From: Octopus sinensis
Taxonomy: Eukaryota
Direction of reading: 5' to 3'
Assembly (NCBI RefSeq): GCF_006345805.1
Contig: NC_043015.1
Span: forward strand, 52,266,001 to 52,330,000
Length of the DNA stretch: 64,000 bases
Shown here piece by piece: positions 12,787 through 25,824 of the stretch (its first letter is position 1; each line of letters begins with the position of its first letter). Under the pieces are notes generated by a model. That model saw nothing but the letters and a program-made list of their open reading frames with translations. It did not search any database and had not been told where the DNA came from. The translations under genes were made by a program, and so were the position numbers.

Positions 12787-13075
12787 CATGGCTTCTGTTC
12801 ATGATCGTGAAGTATGGGTTTGATTACTGACGGCGCTTTGTATTCTGGAGGAAAAAATTCTTTTCATATCTCTTCAGTCCATTCAGCTGAGAGAAGATTT
12901 GTACCAGTAATTGAAAGTGCCAGCCTTGTCACATTCTATATCACGCTGAATTTCCCAGAGAACTTTATGATAGGACCTGTGGTTGGCTCAGAAAACTTCC
13001 TTGCGTGTTAATATCATGAGCAGACAGTTCCGTTGATTGTATTAACAGGAACATTCGTCGTACCTGACGAAGTGC
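12787..13075 (+). mobile_element. Degenerate family C SINE
   Basis: catggct...catgatcgtgaag...gggtttgattac head; cagtccattcagctg; gccttgtcacattct...cacgctgaat core. Confidence 0.65.
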
Positions 13076-13129
13076 CAATTTTCAAACAGCTTAAGATCCC
13101 TTGTTTGTTCTGAATTTTTAATTAATCCG

Positions 13130-13330
13130 TGTTGCTTTGGTTTTCATTTATATCAGATTTTGTTAATCTTTACGTTCTACCAGACACATACAACCTCTAC
13201 CGTGAAGCGAGCTACAGGAGACATTACACAAGCAGGCGACCCGCACTACAAATAAAAGTATGCCTATGTTATTTTCTTCGTGGAGTTAGGCGGTCCATTC
13301 AGAAAGACCCGTAGGACATTTATTTTAGCT
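13130..13330 (+). mobile_element. Gypsy gag relic
   Basis: ISDFVNLYVLPDTYNLYREASYRR and ELGG resemble SDIILNPP..Y..LK..LIRR...EELGD. By eye only. Confidence 0.3.
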
Positions 13331-13622
13331 GTCATTGGTCTTAATGTTTGCTGAAAATATCTGAACTTGCCATTTCTGCACAGGATGTAAACCTATCATG
13401 AATATTTAAGATTTCTGTCTCTATATCATTAATCAGATACTCAAGTATTTGCTATGCACCACATCAGAAATCTGCTCAGATTCATAACCCAACTCTCTCG
13501 AATCCAGTCAGACAGATTCAAACTTCTCCAGAGTGACCACATCACAAGGTGTTCTATACGAAATACATATATACGCACATATTTATATGTGTTTGTATTT
13601 ATGAATATATATCTATTATATA

Positions 13623-13850
13623 TAAAGGATCGTGGGTAAGGCCAGTACAATGGAAAGTAAATGCAAGGCAAATCACAAGAAAGCAAATATATGAATTAAT
13701 GTAGACTTACCTTGTATTCAATATTTCGGGGTTATGAACCCATTTTCAAGAAATATTGAATGCAAGGTAAGTCTACATTAATTCATATATTTGCTTTCTT
13801 GTGATTTGCCTTGCATCTATTTTGCATTGTACTGGCCCCATGATCCTTTA
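13623..13850. repeat. Long inverted repeat (foldback or MITE-like hairpin)
   Basis: Arms 13661-13727 and 13750-13816 (67 bp) pair with one T/G position, and looser outer arms extend to taaagg...ccttta. The 22-nt loop contains a gggtt/aaccc mini-stem. Confidence 0.9.
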
Positions 13851-13902
13851 TGCAATATATTCGACACAATGCTTCATAGTAATTATTCCATTATAATATA
13901 TA

Positions 13903-13949
<47 letters not shown>

Positions 13950-13951
<2 letters not shown>

Positions 13952-14156
13952 CGTAGGAGTGGTTCTGTGGTACGAAGCTTGCTTTCCAACCTCGTGGTTC
14001 CAGGTTCCAGGTTCCAGGTTCAGTCCGACTGCGGGGCACCTTGGTCAAGTGTTTTCTTCTATAGCTTCGGGCCGACCAAAGCCTTGTGAGTGGGTTTGGC
14101 AGGCGGAAACAGAAAGAAGCTCGTCGTATATATATATGTGTGTGTGTATATATATA

Positions 14157-14233
<77 letters not shown>

Positions 14234-14418
14234 GCCTGTTTCCACACATCACCACCTGACAACCGCGTTAACTTAGCAGTTCGACAAGGGTGACCGACAG
14301 AATAAGCACCAGTCTTGAAAGGTAAGCATTGGAGTCGATTCATTCGTCTAAAATCCCTTCAAGGCGCGGTGCCCTAGCGTGGCCGCAGTCTAATGACTGA
14401 AACAGGTAAACGATTAAA
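13950..14418 (+). mobile_element. Full-length family B SINE (CORE-like) with internal (TA)/(TG) microsatellite
   Basis: Head ggcgtaggagtgg..., ggttcagtcc B-box-like motif, cacc-ttggtcaagtg CORE-like motif, internal microsatellite, 3' gcgtggccgcagtc. Confidence 0.85.
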
Positions 14419-14419
14419 G

Positions 14420-14488
<69 letters not shown>

Positions 14489-14917
14489 TATATATATATA
14501 TATATGCTTCTTATGTATGCACGTCATGTCGTTTATAGATTCGTGTACGTCATCATATCTGCATGTAACTTGTAACTATATATAAGATTGTATACATCTA
14601 GTTCATCTTCATTTCCTCTAATTGTACTATTTCCGGTTCTTCAATTACACTGGCTTTGTTACAATTTCCATATTTCTAGCTGAACTTTAATCCACTTTGG
14701 TGGGGTTCCGACTCTGACTGCTATCGTCTATCAGTATACGATACAGTATTGACAGTGCTGTAGTTCTAACAATGACTGCTGCCAAACACTGTTTGGTTAG
14801 GGTGGGTCGTTCTCAACGGAAATGCCGAATATATTAAAATTTGTAAAGATGGTCTGCAATTTGGTAGCATGTAGAGACTAGAAACAAAAGATAGATAGTA
14901 ATTAAGAACAGCATTAA

Positions 14918-15060
14918 GACGGTGAGCTGGTAGAACCGCTAGTTTGCCGAACAAAATGATTAGCGGTATATCGTCCGTGTTTATGTTCTGAGTTCAAATT
15001 CCGCCTCGGCCGTTTTTGTCTTTTATTTTTAATGTAATCGACTTACCTCATACTCGAAAC
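14918..15060 (+). mobile_element. Family A SINE
   Basis: gacggtgagctggtagaaccg...gagttcaaattccgcc...taatcgactta. Confidence 0.75.
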
Positions 15061-15064
15061 TGTT

Positions 15065-15450
15065 GGTCGCAATGGCCCAGTGGTTAGGGCAGCGGACTCG
15101 CGGTCATAGGATCGCAGTTTCGATTCCCAGACCGGGCGTTGTGAGTGTTTATTGAGCGAAAACACCTAAAGCTCCACGAGGCTCCGGCAGGGGATGGTGG
15201 TGATCCCTGCTGTACTCTTTCACCACAACTTTCTCTCACTCTTACTTCCTGTTTCTGTTGTACCTGTATTTCAAAGGGCCGGCCTTGTCACTCTCTGTGT
15301 CACGCTGAATATCCCCGAGAACTACGTTAAGGGTACACGTGTCTGTGGAGTGCTCAGCCACTTACACGTTAATTTCACGAGCAGGCTGTTCCGTTGATTC
15401 GGATCAACCGGAATCCTCGTCGTCGTAACCGACGGAGTGCTTCCATCCAG
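15065..15450 (+). mobile_element. Full-length family C tRNA-derived SINE (tRNA-Arg-like head, possibly OR-type)
   Basis: A-box tggcccagtgg (15073-15083), B-box gtttcgattcc (15117-15127), and conserved 3' body aagggccggccttgtcac...gtggagtgctcagccactt...cgtaaccgacggagtgc. The OR-type name is recalled, not verified. Confidence 0.85.
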
Positions 15451-15494
15451 GTCTTTTGCCAAAATTTGAAAATAATATTCAAATAAGTTCTTCC

Positions 15495-15670
15495 GTAAAG
15501 CGGCGATGTAGTAGAACCGTTAGCAAGCTTGGAAAAATACCTAGCAGTATTTCGCCAGTCTTGATGTTCTGAGTTCAAATTCCGCCGTGGTCGACTTTGT
15601 CTTTTATCTTTAATGTAATCGACTTACCTCATACTCAAAATTGCTGGCCTTGTACCAAAATTTGAAATTA
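15495..15670 (+). mobile_element. Family A SINE
   Basis: gagttcaaattccgccgtggtcgactttgtc...gctggccttgtacc. Confidence 0.75.
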
Positions 15671-16019
15671 AGAGTAAGAATATACAGGCCTTATACTAAT
15701 TTTGAATTTTGAATATACGGCCTCTTACTCCATTTCGAAATATCCTTGGATCGAAACTCCACTACGTTCAATATTATTTTCCTTCGTTACCAAAAATTAT
15801 ATGGAGCAAAGATCTTTTACCAGCCTCAGACAATAGACATTCTATAGTTATGCTTTGCTAGGTCTTACATGGAATAAAATAGAATTTTGTACATTAAGTG
15901 GTATTTTCCGATGTGCAATTCTAGTAAGAAGACTAAGAATATATTTTTCTACCAGGAATACCGCTGCACTTTAGTTCTCTTCAGTCGAAGGATTATTCGG
16001 TGCTAATGAACCACAAGTG

Positions 16020-16066
16020 TGACGTAATGCGCTGAGAGAGATGGCGGAAGTTACGTCAGGCGGGCG
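16020..16066. promoter_or_regulatory. Candidate promoter-like motif cluster (inverted ATF/CRE-like pair around YY1- and ETS-like sites)
   Basis: TGACGTAA (16020-16027), GATGGCGG (16040-16047), CGGAAGT (16045-16051), TTACGTCA (16051-16058), GGGCG (16062-16066). No transcript evidence. Confidence 0.3.
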
Positions 16067-16656
16067 AGAATGCGCCTTGAGATTTATAATGATGAGGATT
16101 CATATCTGGTGGCTATTGGAACATGATTGGTTTAAGTTATATACAGTTATCTCTCTTGCGGGATGAGACAATTAGGTGCAGATTTTTAGATACGGATTAT
16201 TCGGAACGGCTGGTTGGGAGTTCAACCTGTTTTGGCAATGGTACATTTTGGTGCAGGAGGCAAACAGATGCGTGCGCAGAGAAATATTTGCAGAGCGAAA
16301 AATTCAAAGAGAAAGTGGTAGAGAGAGAGAGAGAGAGTGAGCGAGAGATTGCAGTTTATTAATTGAGCATCACTGACATAAATATTTCGTCTTCCTCATA
16401 CACAAAGAGAAATATGCTCACACACATGAACAGAGAGGAAGAGAAAAAGAAGAAGAGAGAGACGAGTGGGAAAGAGGGACAGAAACATTATTGCATCTGA
16501 TGTCAAATGTGGCAGGATCACTGACGCCAAATAGACGACGCCGTAACAGCTGTGCAAGAACGTCTCATACCACTTTTGTATTCGTGAGTACGTAGTTTAA
16601 AACAGTAGAACTTGAGTTCTAGGGTTTTAAACCGAATAAAACTATAGAGTTCTATA

Positions 16657-16825
16657 TTTAAGAGATGAGGAAATATGTACATTATTTACATGATTTACAT
16701 TTGATGAATATTTGTCCTCATCCTCTTTGTTGTTAACACAACGTTTCGGCTGATATACTCTCCAGCATTCACCAGGTGTCTCAGGGAAATTTCGAACATG
16801 GGTTTTCATTCTTGAGGTATTTGTT
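16657..16825 (-). mobile_element. Penelope-like terminal repeat (pLTR-type) fragment, copy 1
   Basis: Homologous to 31425-31550 and 48951-49129; carries a hammerhead fold on the minus strand. Confidence 0.7.
16735..16780 (-). ncRNA. Minimal type I hammerhead ribozyme, degenerate (core CUGGUGA)
   Basis: Minus strand GACAC-CUGGUGA-AUGCUG(loop)CAGCC-GAAAC-GUU-GUGUU: stem I GACAC/GUGUU, palindromic ACGU helix III, A6 changed to G. Confidence 0.65.
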
Positions 16826-16844
16826 GATATTGTTGTTGTTATTA

Positions 16845-16882
<38 letters not shown>

Positions 16883-17607
16883 TCACTGCCTGGAATCGAA
16901 CCCGGAATCTTGGGCTTTGCAGCCCCCGCTCTTAACCACTACGCCATATGCCGTGAATAAACTACATTAGTCTATAGTTTCTCTATTCCTACCATACAAA
17001 TTTCATGAATGTTGTTGTGTAGAATTGCCTTTCCCGAAACCATAATAATGAAGGATATAAGTAGTCAATGAGCCGACACTTTGAGATAATATCGGTCCTT
17101 TCACGAAGTCACTTTCTTAGCAAACATATTGATAATGAATAAAATGTCTTATTTATGGCTCTAAATTATAGAACTTTGAATTCCGAATTCAAAGCATGTA
17201 ATGCCAAATTTTCGGTTTTGATGAAATAAAGTACCAGAGTACCAGTTAATTACTGGGATCAACTTGAAAATCTTCGAAGAAATCTTACGTTTTACCGGAG
17301 GTAAAATAAAAGATTAAAAATAAAATTTAATCCAGCGCCATTCAATGCCATAGTTATTCCTAAGAAACTAATGTTTTGGGTGCCATATTTCCCTCCTCAT
17401 CCATTCATTTCAGGTTCAAATGAATAACATTAATCTGAAATAAGAAATAATTTAAACAGACGCAAGAGCCTTTCTAATATAACTCAATATTAAACATATC
17501 GAAATGTATCAATCATGTCTAACATCACGTACAACTGCGACATCGCTTTAATGTATTGCATAATAATAATAATAATAATAATAATATAATAATAATAATA
17601 ATAATAA

Positions 17608-18102
17608 GTGTTATCATGTACATTGTTTTGTCTGGTATAAAGATGGGCTACAGCAAATATTCTGCTCAATACCACAGATTTGCTTGTCAGTTGTTTGACC
17701 TTAACCAGTTGAGCATGTCCCTTGGTGGCTGACGATATGTGCATCTCTGATCACGAGCAGAAGTAGTGGGGGAGCATCATAGCCATGTGTTGAGAGGATT
17801 CTTTGGGGTTTGAATAGTTCACCTCTGGAAACATGGTGTGGTTCTTTCAACATCCTTAAACAACCCTTATTCAGGGACCGTTTGAGCGGGATGGGCTACT
17901 CAACTTGAAGAAAATTCTAACTGGGCCCCACCTGCAAGGTCATGTGCTGTTTATCTTGATATGAGATCACCATGGCGCGCACATATGGTTTGTGATGCAT
18001 GTGCCGGGGGACCTTTATCAGACGGGTAGTCATGATGGGTATATTGGGCTTCGTATATTTTACCCCAGTGTCACTTTGATGGCATGCACTGCTCTCTCAC
18101 TC
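17608..18102 (+). mobile_element. Unclassified ~500-bp non-coding retroposon-like repeat, (TAA)n on both sides, copy 1
   Basis: Matches 35792-36328 (minus) and 45996-46477; variable 5' end and fixed 3' end ctc(a)ctc+(aat)n. Confidence 0.8.
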
Positions 18103-18141
<39 letters not shown>

Positions 18142-18399
18142 TAATAATAACAATAATAATAATAATAACGACAACAACTACACAAGCAATATATTGCTAT
18201 TTCGAACTCTGAAGAACGAGGGACAGGTTCCTGCAGAATTATACAACTATACACGCTTTCAATTCTACAGAGATACTAAATTGACTTCGTTTATTCCACA
18301 GTATATGACGAGGTGAGGGTGACATAGTGGGGGTGTGCATCGGTGTGACGGGTTCATGAATAATTTCTTCTACATATCCAAATATATAGCTATGTATTA

Positions 18400-18469
18400 T
18401 ATGTGTGTGTATGTGTGTGTGTGCATGCGTGCGTGGCCGGTGTAGGTGTGTATATATATACATATATAT

Positions 18470-18515
<46 letters not shown>

Positions 18516-18678
18516 TTATATATATATATATATAGATATAGATAGATATGTATATAGATATATATAGATGAATATATATAAATGTATGTGTATATGTGTA
18601 TGTGTATCTATGTATAGACAAGCTTATATACATACATATATATATACATATGTATGTATCTATGAATATTAAACATAA

Positions 18679-18749
<71 letters not shown>

Positions 18750-19140
18750 CATATATATATGGATGCATGCATATATATATATATATATGCGTGTGTATAA
18801 ATATATGTATGCATATGTACACTTGTATGTATATAGATATGTACGCATTGATATATATACACTCATACACACACACACATATATATATACACACATTCAC
18901 ATGAATTCATCCACAAATCTATGCGTAAATACATACAAAGACTTCTGTCTCGTCAAACGCAATCTATATTTGAAACCTAATCTCGCCTTCATAATATTCC
19001 AGCTAGACATTTCCCTGCAGTAATTTCAAAACCTCATTTCCTGCCTAATATTGGTGAGGATTTCTGTTATTCCAATACTTCCACGCCATTCTAGTCTTAC
19101 TGCTAAACCTTATCAAACTGCACATACTTATTCATCGCTG

Positions 19141-19204
<64 letters not shown>

Positions 19205-19606
19205 GTTACTCTAGGTTATTCCGTCAATCGTGGTTTTCAACTCTCCCCCACCACCACCCTTATCTATCTTGCTGTCAGTTTGTAACTGTCTAACTCTGTC
19301 TATTTCTTATTCTCACATTCACTCTCAGTCACTCTATCTCTTCCTATCTCTCTCCCTCTCTCTCTGTTTTCTCCTATCGATCTTTCTTTCATTCTTACAT
19401 CTTGACTGTCTCTCTTTTCCCTCCGACCAATCTCTCTTTTCTTCTTCCATCCTTTATAGATGCATATATACATATACATATACACATACACACAATGATA
19501 TATATATAGATTATGCATATATCTATATGTACATAGCCATCTGTTTAACTATATGCTCTATATCTATTTATCTATTTATCTATCTCTCTATCTAAATACA
19601 TGTTTG

Positions 19607-19688
<82 letters not shown>

Positions 19689-19947
19689 GGGAGATGTGTT
19701 TGTGCGTATGTATATGAATGTAAATGTGAATAATATATACATATATACATATATATATATGTATATATGCATACCTATATTTATATGTATATGTATATAT
19801 ATGCATATATATATATACATGCCTGCGTGTGTGTGTAAGGAACGCAAACACACAACACATACACGCATACACAAACATATATATCTATATATGTATATAT
19901 ATATACATATATATAATGCATTATGATGTGTATATATATTATATATT

Positions 19948-19980
<33 letters not shown>

Positions 19981-20010
19981 TATATATATACATGTACACA
20001 TACATATAGA
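18400..20010. repeat. Microsatellite field (TA, CA, CATA, CT)
   Basis: Directly visible; source of the YI/HT-rich artefactual ORFs. Confidence 0.9.
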
Positions 20011-20269
20011 GTAATTCAAACCCCCATAAATTACACTTTATATACCTCTAACCACTACTCTCGCTATCACTCTTCCACAATTGCTCACTTTTTTTTACTC
20101 TTACTACTTTACCACTTTCCATTTAAGTATTTTCACTTCCACCATATCTGCCCGCCACCACGGAGTATCATAGATTATCACCGAAATTCTTATTCGCATC
20201 TAATACACCACATCTTCATCATTCTCTATTTTCTTTCATTTCCCCTCTCCTTATTCTCCTCCCTCTGCT

Positions 20270-20385
20270 TTTCCTTCTTCTTCTTCTTCTTCTTCTTCTT
20301 CTTCTTCTTCTTCTTCTTCTTCTTCTTCTTCTTCTTCTTCTTCTTCTTCTTCTTCTTCTTCTTCTTCTTCTTCTTCTTCTTCCAC
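20270..20385. repeat. Long (CTT)n microsatellite in a polypyrimidine tract
   Basis: Uninterrupted cttcttctt run. Confidence 0.95.
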
Positions 20386-20682
20386 TTCTCCCTCTTCTTC
20401 TTCCTCTTCTCCTTCTCTTCGTACTCCTCATTCTTCTAACTTTTCTGTCCTTCCTCTCCTTCTTCTTCTTCTCCTCTATTCCTCCCATTCTCTTTTCTTC
20501 CACTTCCCACTCCTCCTCCTTCTACTACCACCACCACCAGCACGGCGACAACAACCGCACCTACCCCCTTCACCCACATAATTATCATTATCATCATTAT
20601 TATTGATATGACTCGTTGTTATTACTATTTTATCAAAATATCAAAATTCCGACTATTTTATTGGCTCTGTCTTTTCTTAGTG

Positions 20683-20714
<32 letters not shown>

Positions 20715-20984
20715 GTTATTATTATCATTATTATTATTATTATTATTATCATTATTATTATTATTATATGAGTGATTGTTGTTGTTACTCATAACATTAT
20801 TACAATTCTATTTCTTTCGAACTTCAACCATTAATCGACGTCGCTATCAATATGGAGCGACTTTCTTTTCGTGCAGCCGCCATTTCTTACGCAACTACAC
20901 AAACACACGCACACACGCATGCACACACACACACACACACATATGTTAGTAGGTATGCATAGATGCATCTGTATAGTAGTGCGT

Positions 20985-21135
20985 ATGTTGTAAGAAGCTT
21001 GCTTACAAACCACCTGGTTCCAGGTTCAGCGCCACTGCGTGGCACATTGGGGAAGTGTCTTCTACTATAGCCTCGGGCCGAGCAAGCTTTGTAAGTAGAT
21101 TTGGTAGACAGAGACTGAAAGAAGCTAGTCGTATA
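20985..21135 (+). mobile_element. Family B SINE, 5' half
   Basis: ttgtaagaagcttgcttacaaaccacctggttccaggttcagcgccactgcgtggcacattggggaagtg...gaaagaagctagtcgtata, then (CATA)n. Confidence 0.8.
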
Positions 21136-21188
21136 TACATACATACATACATACATACATACATACATACATACATTACATACATATG

Positions 21189-21236
<48 letters not shown>

Positions 21237-21595
21237 AATATTTATACACGTATTCATGTATGTACTTATATATATATATTTGTGTGTATATAGATATCCA
21301 TGTATATACATATATTTATATTTATATACGTGTGTGTGTGTGTGTGTGCCTGTGTGAGTGCGTATGTCTGTGTGTATGCATAGTTAGATATTTGTATATA
21401 AGTGAGCATATAGGTACTTTTGTATAAATGTACTTTTGTATGTATAAATTTCTCCAAAACAGACCTCAATGTCTAAGTTTGAACATATGTCTATCAATGT
21501 GAACACACATACACACACACACCTATACATATATACACATATATACAAATCTACATTTATGTATATAGATATACATACATTAATACATACATACA

Positions 21596-21627
<32 letters not shown>

Positions 21628-22100
21628 CTATATTATAATATATCTATATAATATATATATATATATATAAATTCCTGCTATCACACTCGGATTGTTCAGG
21701 GAGGACAATTTATCGAAGAAATACACACATACTTTCATACACACTCCCACGAACACAATAATGCACAGAAGCATACACAATCACACACACATACTCACAC
21801 ACAGACACACACTTTAAACATCGGTTTGTATAAAAATTTGTTTATAAACGCCTTCATATCTATGGTTGCATAGTTACATGTAATTATACACACACATAAA
21901 TACACATATACGCATATATATAAATACATATATATATATATATGCATATGAATACACACATATATATACATATTTATATATATTTAAATATAAATGCATA
22001 TATACATACATATACATACGTATATATAAACAAACATGTGCATCCGGTATATATATATACTTAGATATATACATAAATATATTCATATATATATGTACAC

Positions 22101-22133
<33 letters not shown>

Positions 22134-22989
22134 GATATATCCATATGCATATATAAATACATATATGCGTGTGTGTCAGCGAGAGAGATAGAGATTGAGG
22201 GTATGCGCGGACAAAGAAAAACACATATACGTCCATATAATAGGATATAGATACGTATACAGACATACAGATCACAACATTACACAACACATACAATCCA
22301 TACATGCATACATACATACACACATACGTACATACATGCCATACATACATGCATACATACATAAATACATACATACATAGATACATACATTCGTACTTTC
22401 ATACATACATACATACACACATATATACAAACACACATACATACATGCATACATACATACGTATATACATACACGAATATATGACTGACCTCATTAGAGC
22501 ATTGACATATTACTCTCTAGGAAGTTGAAATACTGCCGTCCGCCATATAAACCTTGTCTAAACAGAAAGAATTTTAGAGACTTTATTAGCAAGTCAATCT
22601 ACAGAGACCAATCAACTCACATTGTTTGAAGACAGCCATCCATCATAGGCATAAAATTATGTTTGTCTCACGTCATTCCAGCATCGACTTCATTTTGAAG
22701 TGTGTTACCTCACTGTCAATGTATACGTACATATATACATAGTTGTGTGTATACGCATAAATTTACTTATATACAGGAACACGCAGAGACACATACACAG
22801 AAACATACACAAACACTGACACACATATATACGCCGGTTTTCTCCTGCCATCGATCGTCCAAACCGAGTCCTTTCTCCTCCGTCTTCTGATACGCGTCCC
22901 GTAATACATAAATTTTGACATGCCTGCCGATACATACACGCAGACAAGCATACACACGCACGCACACGCCAGACCCATATATATGTATG

Positions 22990-23021
<32 letters not shown>

Positions 23022-23114
23022 TGTATGTATGTATGTATGTATGTATGTATGTATGTATTTATGTATGTATGTATGTATGTATGTATGTATGTATGTATAT
23101 ATATATATATATAT

Positions 23115-23196
<82 letters not shown>

Positions 23197-23215
23197 TGGA
23201 ATACCCGTATATATG

Positions 23216-23255
<40 letters not shown>

Positions 23256-23481
23256 TACATACATACCGTCAGACAGACGGACAGACAGGCAGAAAGGAAC
23301 ATGGTCTTCCGTCGGTTGTGACTAGGGTTCTGTTTGTGCCGATCAACAGACTAGCTTGTTCGAATATATTTATGCTCCGCAATTAACTGTGCAAATATGT
23401 GTGTGTGTGTGTATGTGTGTGTGTGTATTATATATTCTTTTACTCTTACTACGATTTTATTACCTCTGTGACCTTTTAGTG

Positions 23482-23532
<51 letters not shown>

Positions 23533-23548
23533 TATTATTATTATCATC

Positions 23549-23605
<57 letters not shown>

Positions 23606-23619
23606 TATTATTATATGAG

Positions 23620-24753
23620 TAGTGGGTAGCGAACTTCTTCACTACTTCAGGGAGTGACGACCCTGCCTGACACGAGTTCCGGGCTCAGCTGCCTCCGGCT
23701 GACAGTACCCGGTATGGGCCCTATCCAGGGTTATGGAGGAGACAACTTCAAAGAAATCCGGAGTGGAGCCCCGAAGGCGGTTTAGTGTTCGACTCGACAC
23801 TCTTCCGGCAGCTCCTGCAACCAAGCTGGTGCCAAACGTAATGCTCTGCACTCCTTTGGACGACATCAGCAAGATGGAGAGAGGAAACCTGACGATTGGG
23901 CTACCCAGGACTTTCTTATATCTAGTCCAGGCCTGCGCAAAACTGGAGAGGACACTTCAGTGCTGCTGTAAAGAGCTGCAGAAACAACACGGGAGGTAAC
24001 AGTCACGAGTGATAAGTCCATTCAGATTGGCGTAAAATATGGACGCTACGGGTTACTTCTGACGGTGGGAGGGACCTCCGTGTCCTATTGGTTAGCTACT
24101 GCCCACCTCATGCTGGGCAGCCCCCAGTTAATAAGGTGCTGACCCACCACAGGCCGCCTGCTTCATTGGGTGCTTGGAGCTAAGAGTATGACTTGAAAAG
24201 TGGCCTGCAGCCTCTGCACCAGGCAAACAACTAAAAGACAAGAAACCACCAGTCCTGGGTTGGCAAGCTGAAAATCCAGGGATCCAGTGCCCTGGAATAT
24301 CTGATGATCTACCCAGGGTTGAAGCACACCAAGAAAACGGCATCATGACAACCATTGACCGTGAACTAAAGAGGCTAACATAGACATTGTTGGGCTACAG
24401 GAGACAAGACTTCCTCAAACGGCAAACTCAAAGAACAGGATTCACTTTCTTTGGCAGGAAGCGATCTAGAAGAACCTCGTCAGCATGGCGTTGCTTTGCA
24501 GTGAGAAACTCATTACTCTCTTCAATAGAACCACCATCAGGAGGCACTGAGCGTATCCTCTCACTGCGCCTCTCGACTTCTTCTGGCTCAGTAACATCTA
24601 CTCAGCATCTATGCTCCCACTCTCTACAGCTCAGAGGAGACCAAGGACCAGTTCTACAAAGATCTCAAATGTGTCATAAAAACTAACCACACAACTGAAA
24701 ATATCTACCTCTAGGGGACTTTAACGCTCGCGTGGGATCTGACCATGATTCGT
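23620..24753 (+). mobile_element. RTE-clade LINE 5' portion (5' UTR and APE endonuclease), cut off by the gap
   Basis: Frames with a few shifts read IDRELKRLNIDIVGLQETRLP, GFTFF, QHGV.FAVRNSL, ERILSLRL, YAPT, ETKDQFY, LGDFNARVG, typical of RTE endonucleases. Confidence 0.85.
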
Positions 24754-24853
24754 NNNNNNNNNNNNNNNNNNNNNNNNNNNNNNNNNNNNNNNNNNNNNNN
24801 NNNNNNNNNNNNNNNNNNNNNNNNNNNNNNNNNNNNNNNNNNNNNNNNNNNNN
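24754..24853. other. Assembly gap (100 N)
   Basis: Run of n. Confidence 1.
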
Positions 24854-24929
24854 CACAAAACCCCTAAAATTCAGCATTTCCTTCAACGTGCTAAGACTAT
24901 CTGTTCGTTACCTTCAATAATAATAATGA

Positions 24930-25424
24930 TTTCTTCTATTCAAAGCGCAAGGCCTGAAATTTTGCAGGAAGGAGATGAGCCGATTAGATCGACCCAGTAT
25001 GCAGCTGGTACTTAATTTGTTGACCCTAAAATTATGGAAAGCAAAGTCGACCTCGGCGGAATTTGAACTCAGAACGTAAAGACGGACGAAATACCTATTT
25101 CTTTATTACCCACAAGGGGCTAAACACAGAGGGGACAAACAAGGACAGATATAGGTATTAAGTCGATTACATCGACCCCAGTGCGTAACTGGTACTTAAT
25201 TTATCGACCCCGAAAGGATGAAAGGCAAAGTCGGCCTCGGCGGAATTTGAACTCACAACGTAACGCAGACGAAATACCCCTAACCATTTCGCCCGGCGTG
25301 CTAACGTTTCTGCCAGCTCACCGCCCTTGCCAGCTCACCACCCTAGCGGACGAAATACCGCTATGCATTTCACCTACCGTGCTAACGATTTTACCAGCTC
25401 CCCGCCTTAATAATAATAATAATA

Positions 25425-25455
<31 letters not shown>

Positions 25456-25659
25456 CTCTAGGCACAAGGCCTTCAAAATTTTGGAGGAAAGAGACTAGTC
25501 GATTACATCGACCCCAGTGCGTAACTGGTATTTCATCGACCCCGAAAGAATGAAAAGCAAAGTCGACCTCGGCGGAATTTGAACTCAACGTAGCGGCAGA
25601 CGAAATACCGCTGAGCGTTTTGCCCGGCGCGCTAATGACTCTGCCAGCTCGCCACCTTC

Positions 25660-25660
<1 letters not shown>
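24930..25660 (-). mobile_element. Cluster of family A SINEs, including a dimeric copy
   Basis: Three cores gtcg(a/g)cctcggcggaatttgaactc (~25046, ~25230, ~25561), both tail types, and junction gacgaaatac|ctatttctttattacccac. Confidence 0.85.
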
Positions 25661-25728
<68 letters not shown>

Positions 25729-25741
25729 AATAATAATAATA

Positions 25742-25824
<83 letters not shown>

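Noticed and set aside
13060-13095. ctgacga...aaac hammerhead-like words
   Set aside because: No stem II or stem I pairing; this is the decayed 3' end of a family C SINE.
15065-15135. tRNA-like sequences (also 27166-27235, 36430-36502 and the PBS at 38901-38919)
   Set aside because: They have A/B boxes but no complete cloverleaf and continue into SINE bodies; the 19-nt tRNA-Leu match is a primer-binding site.
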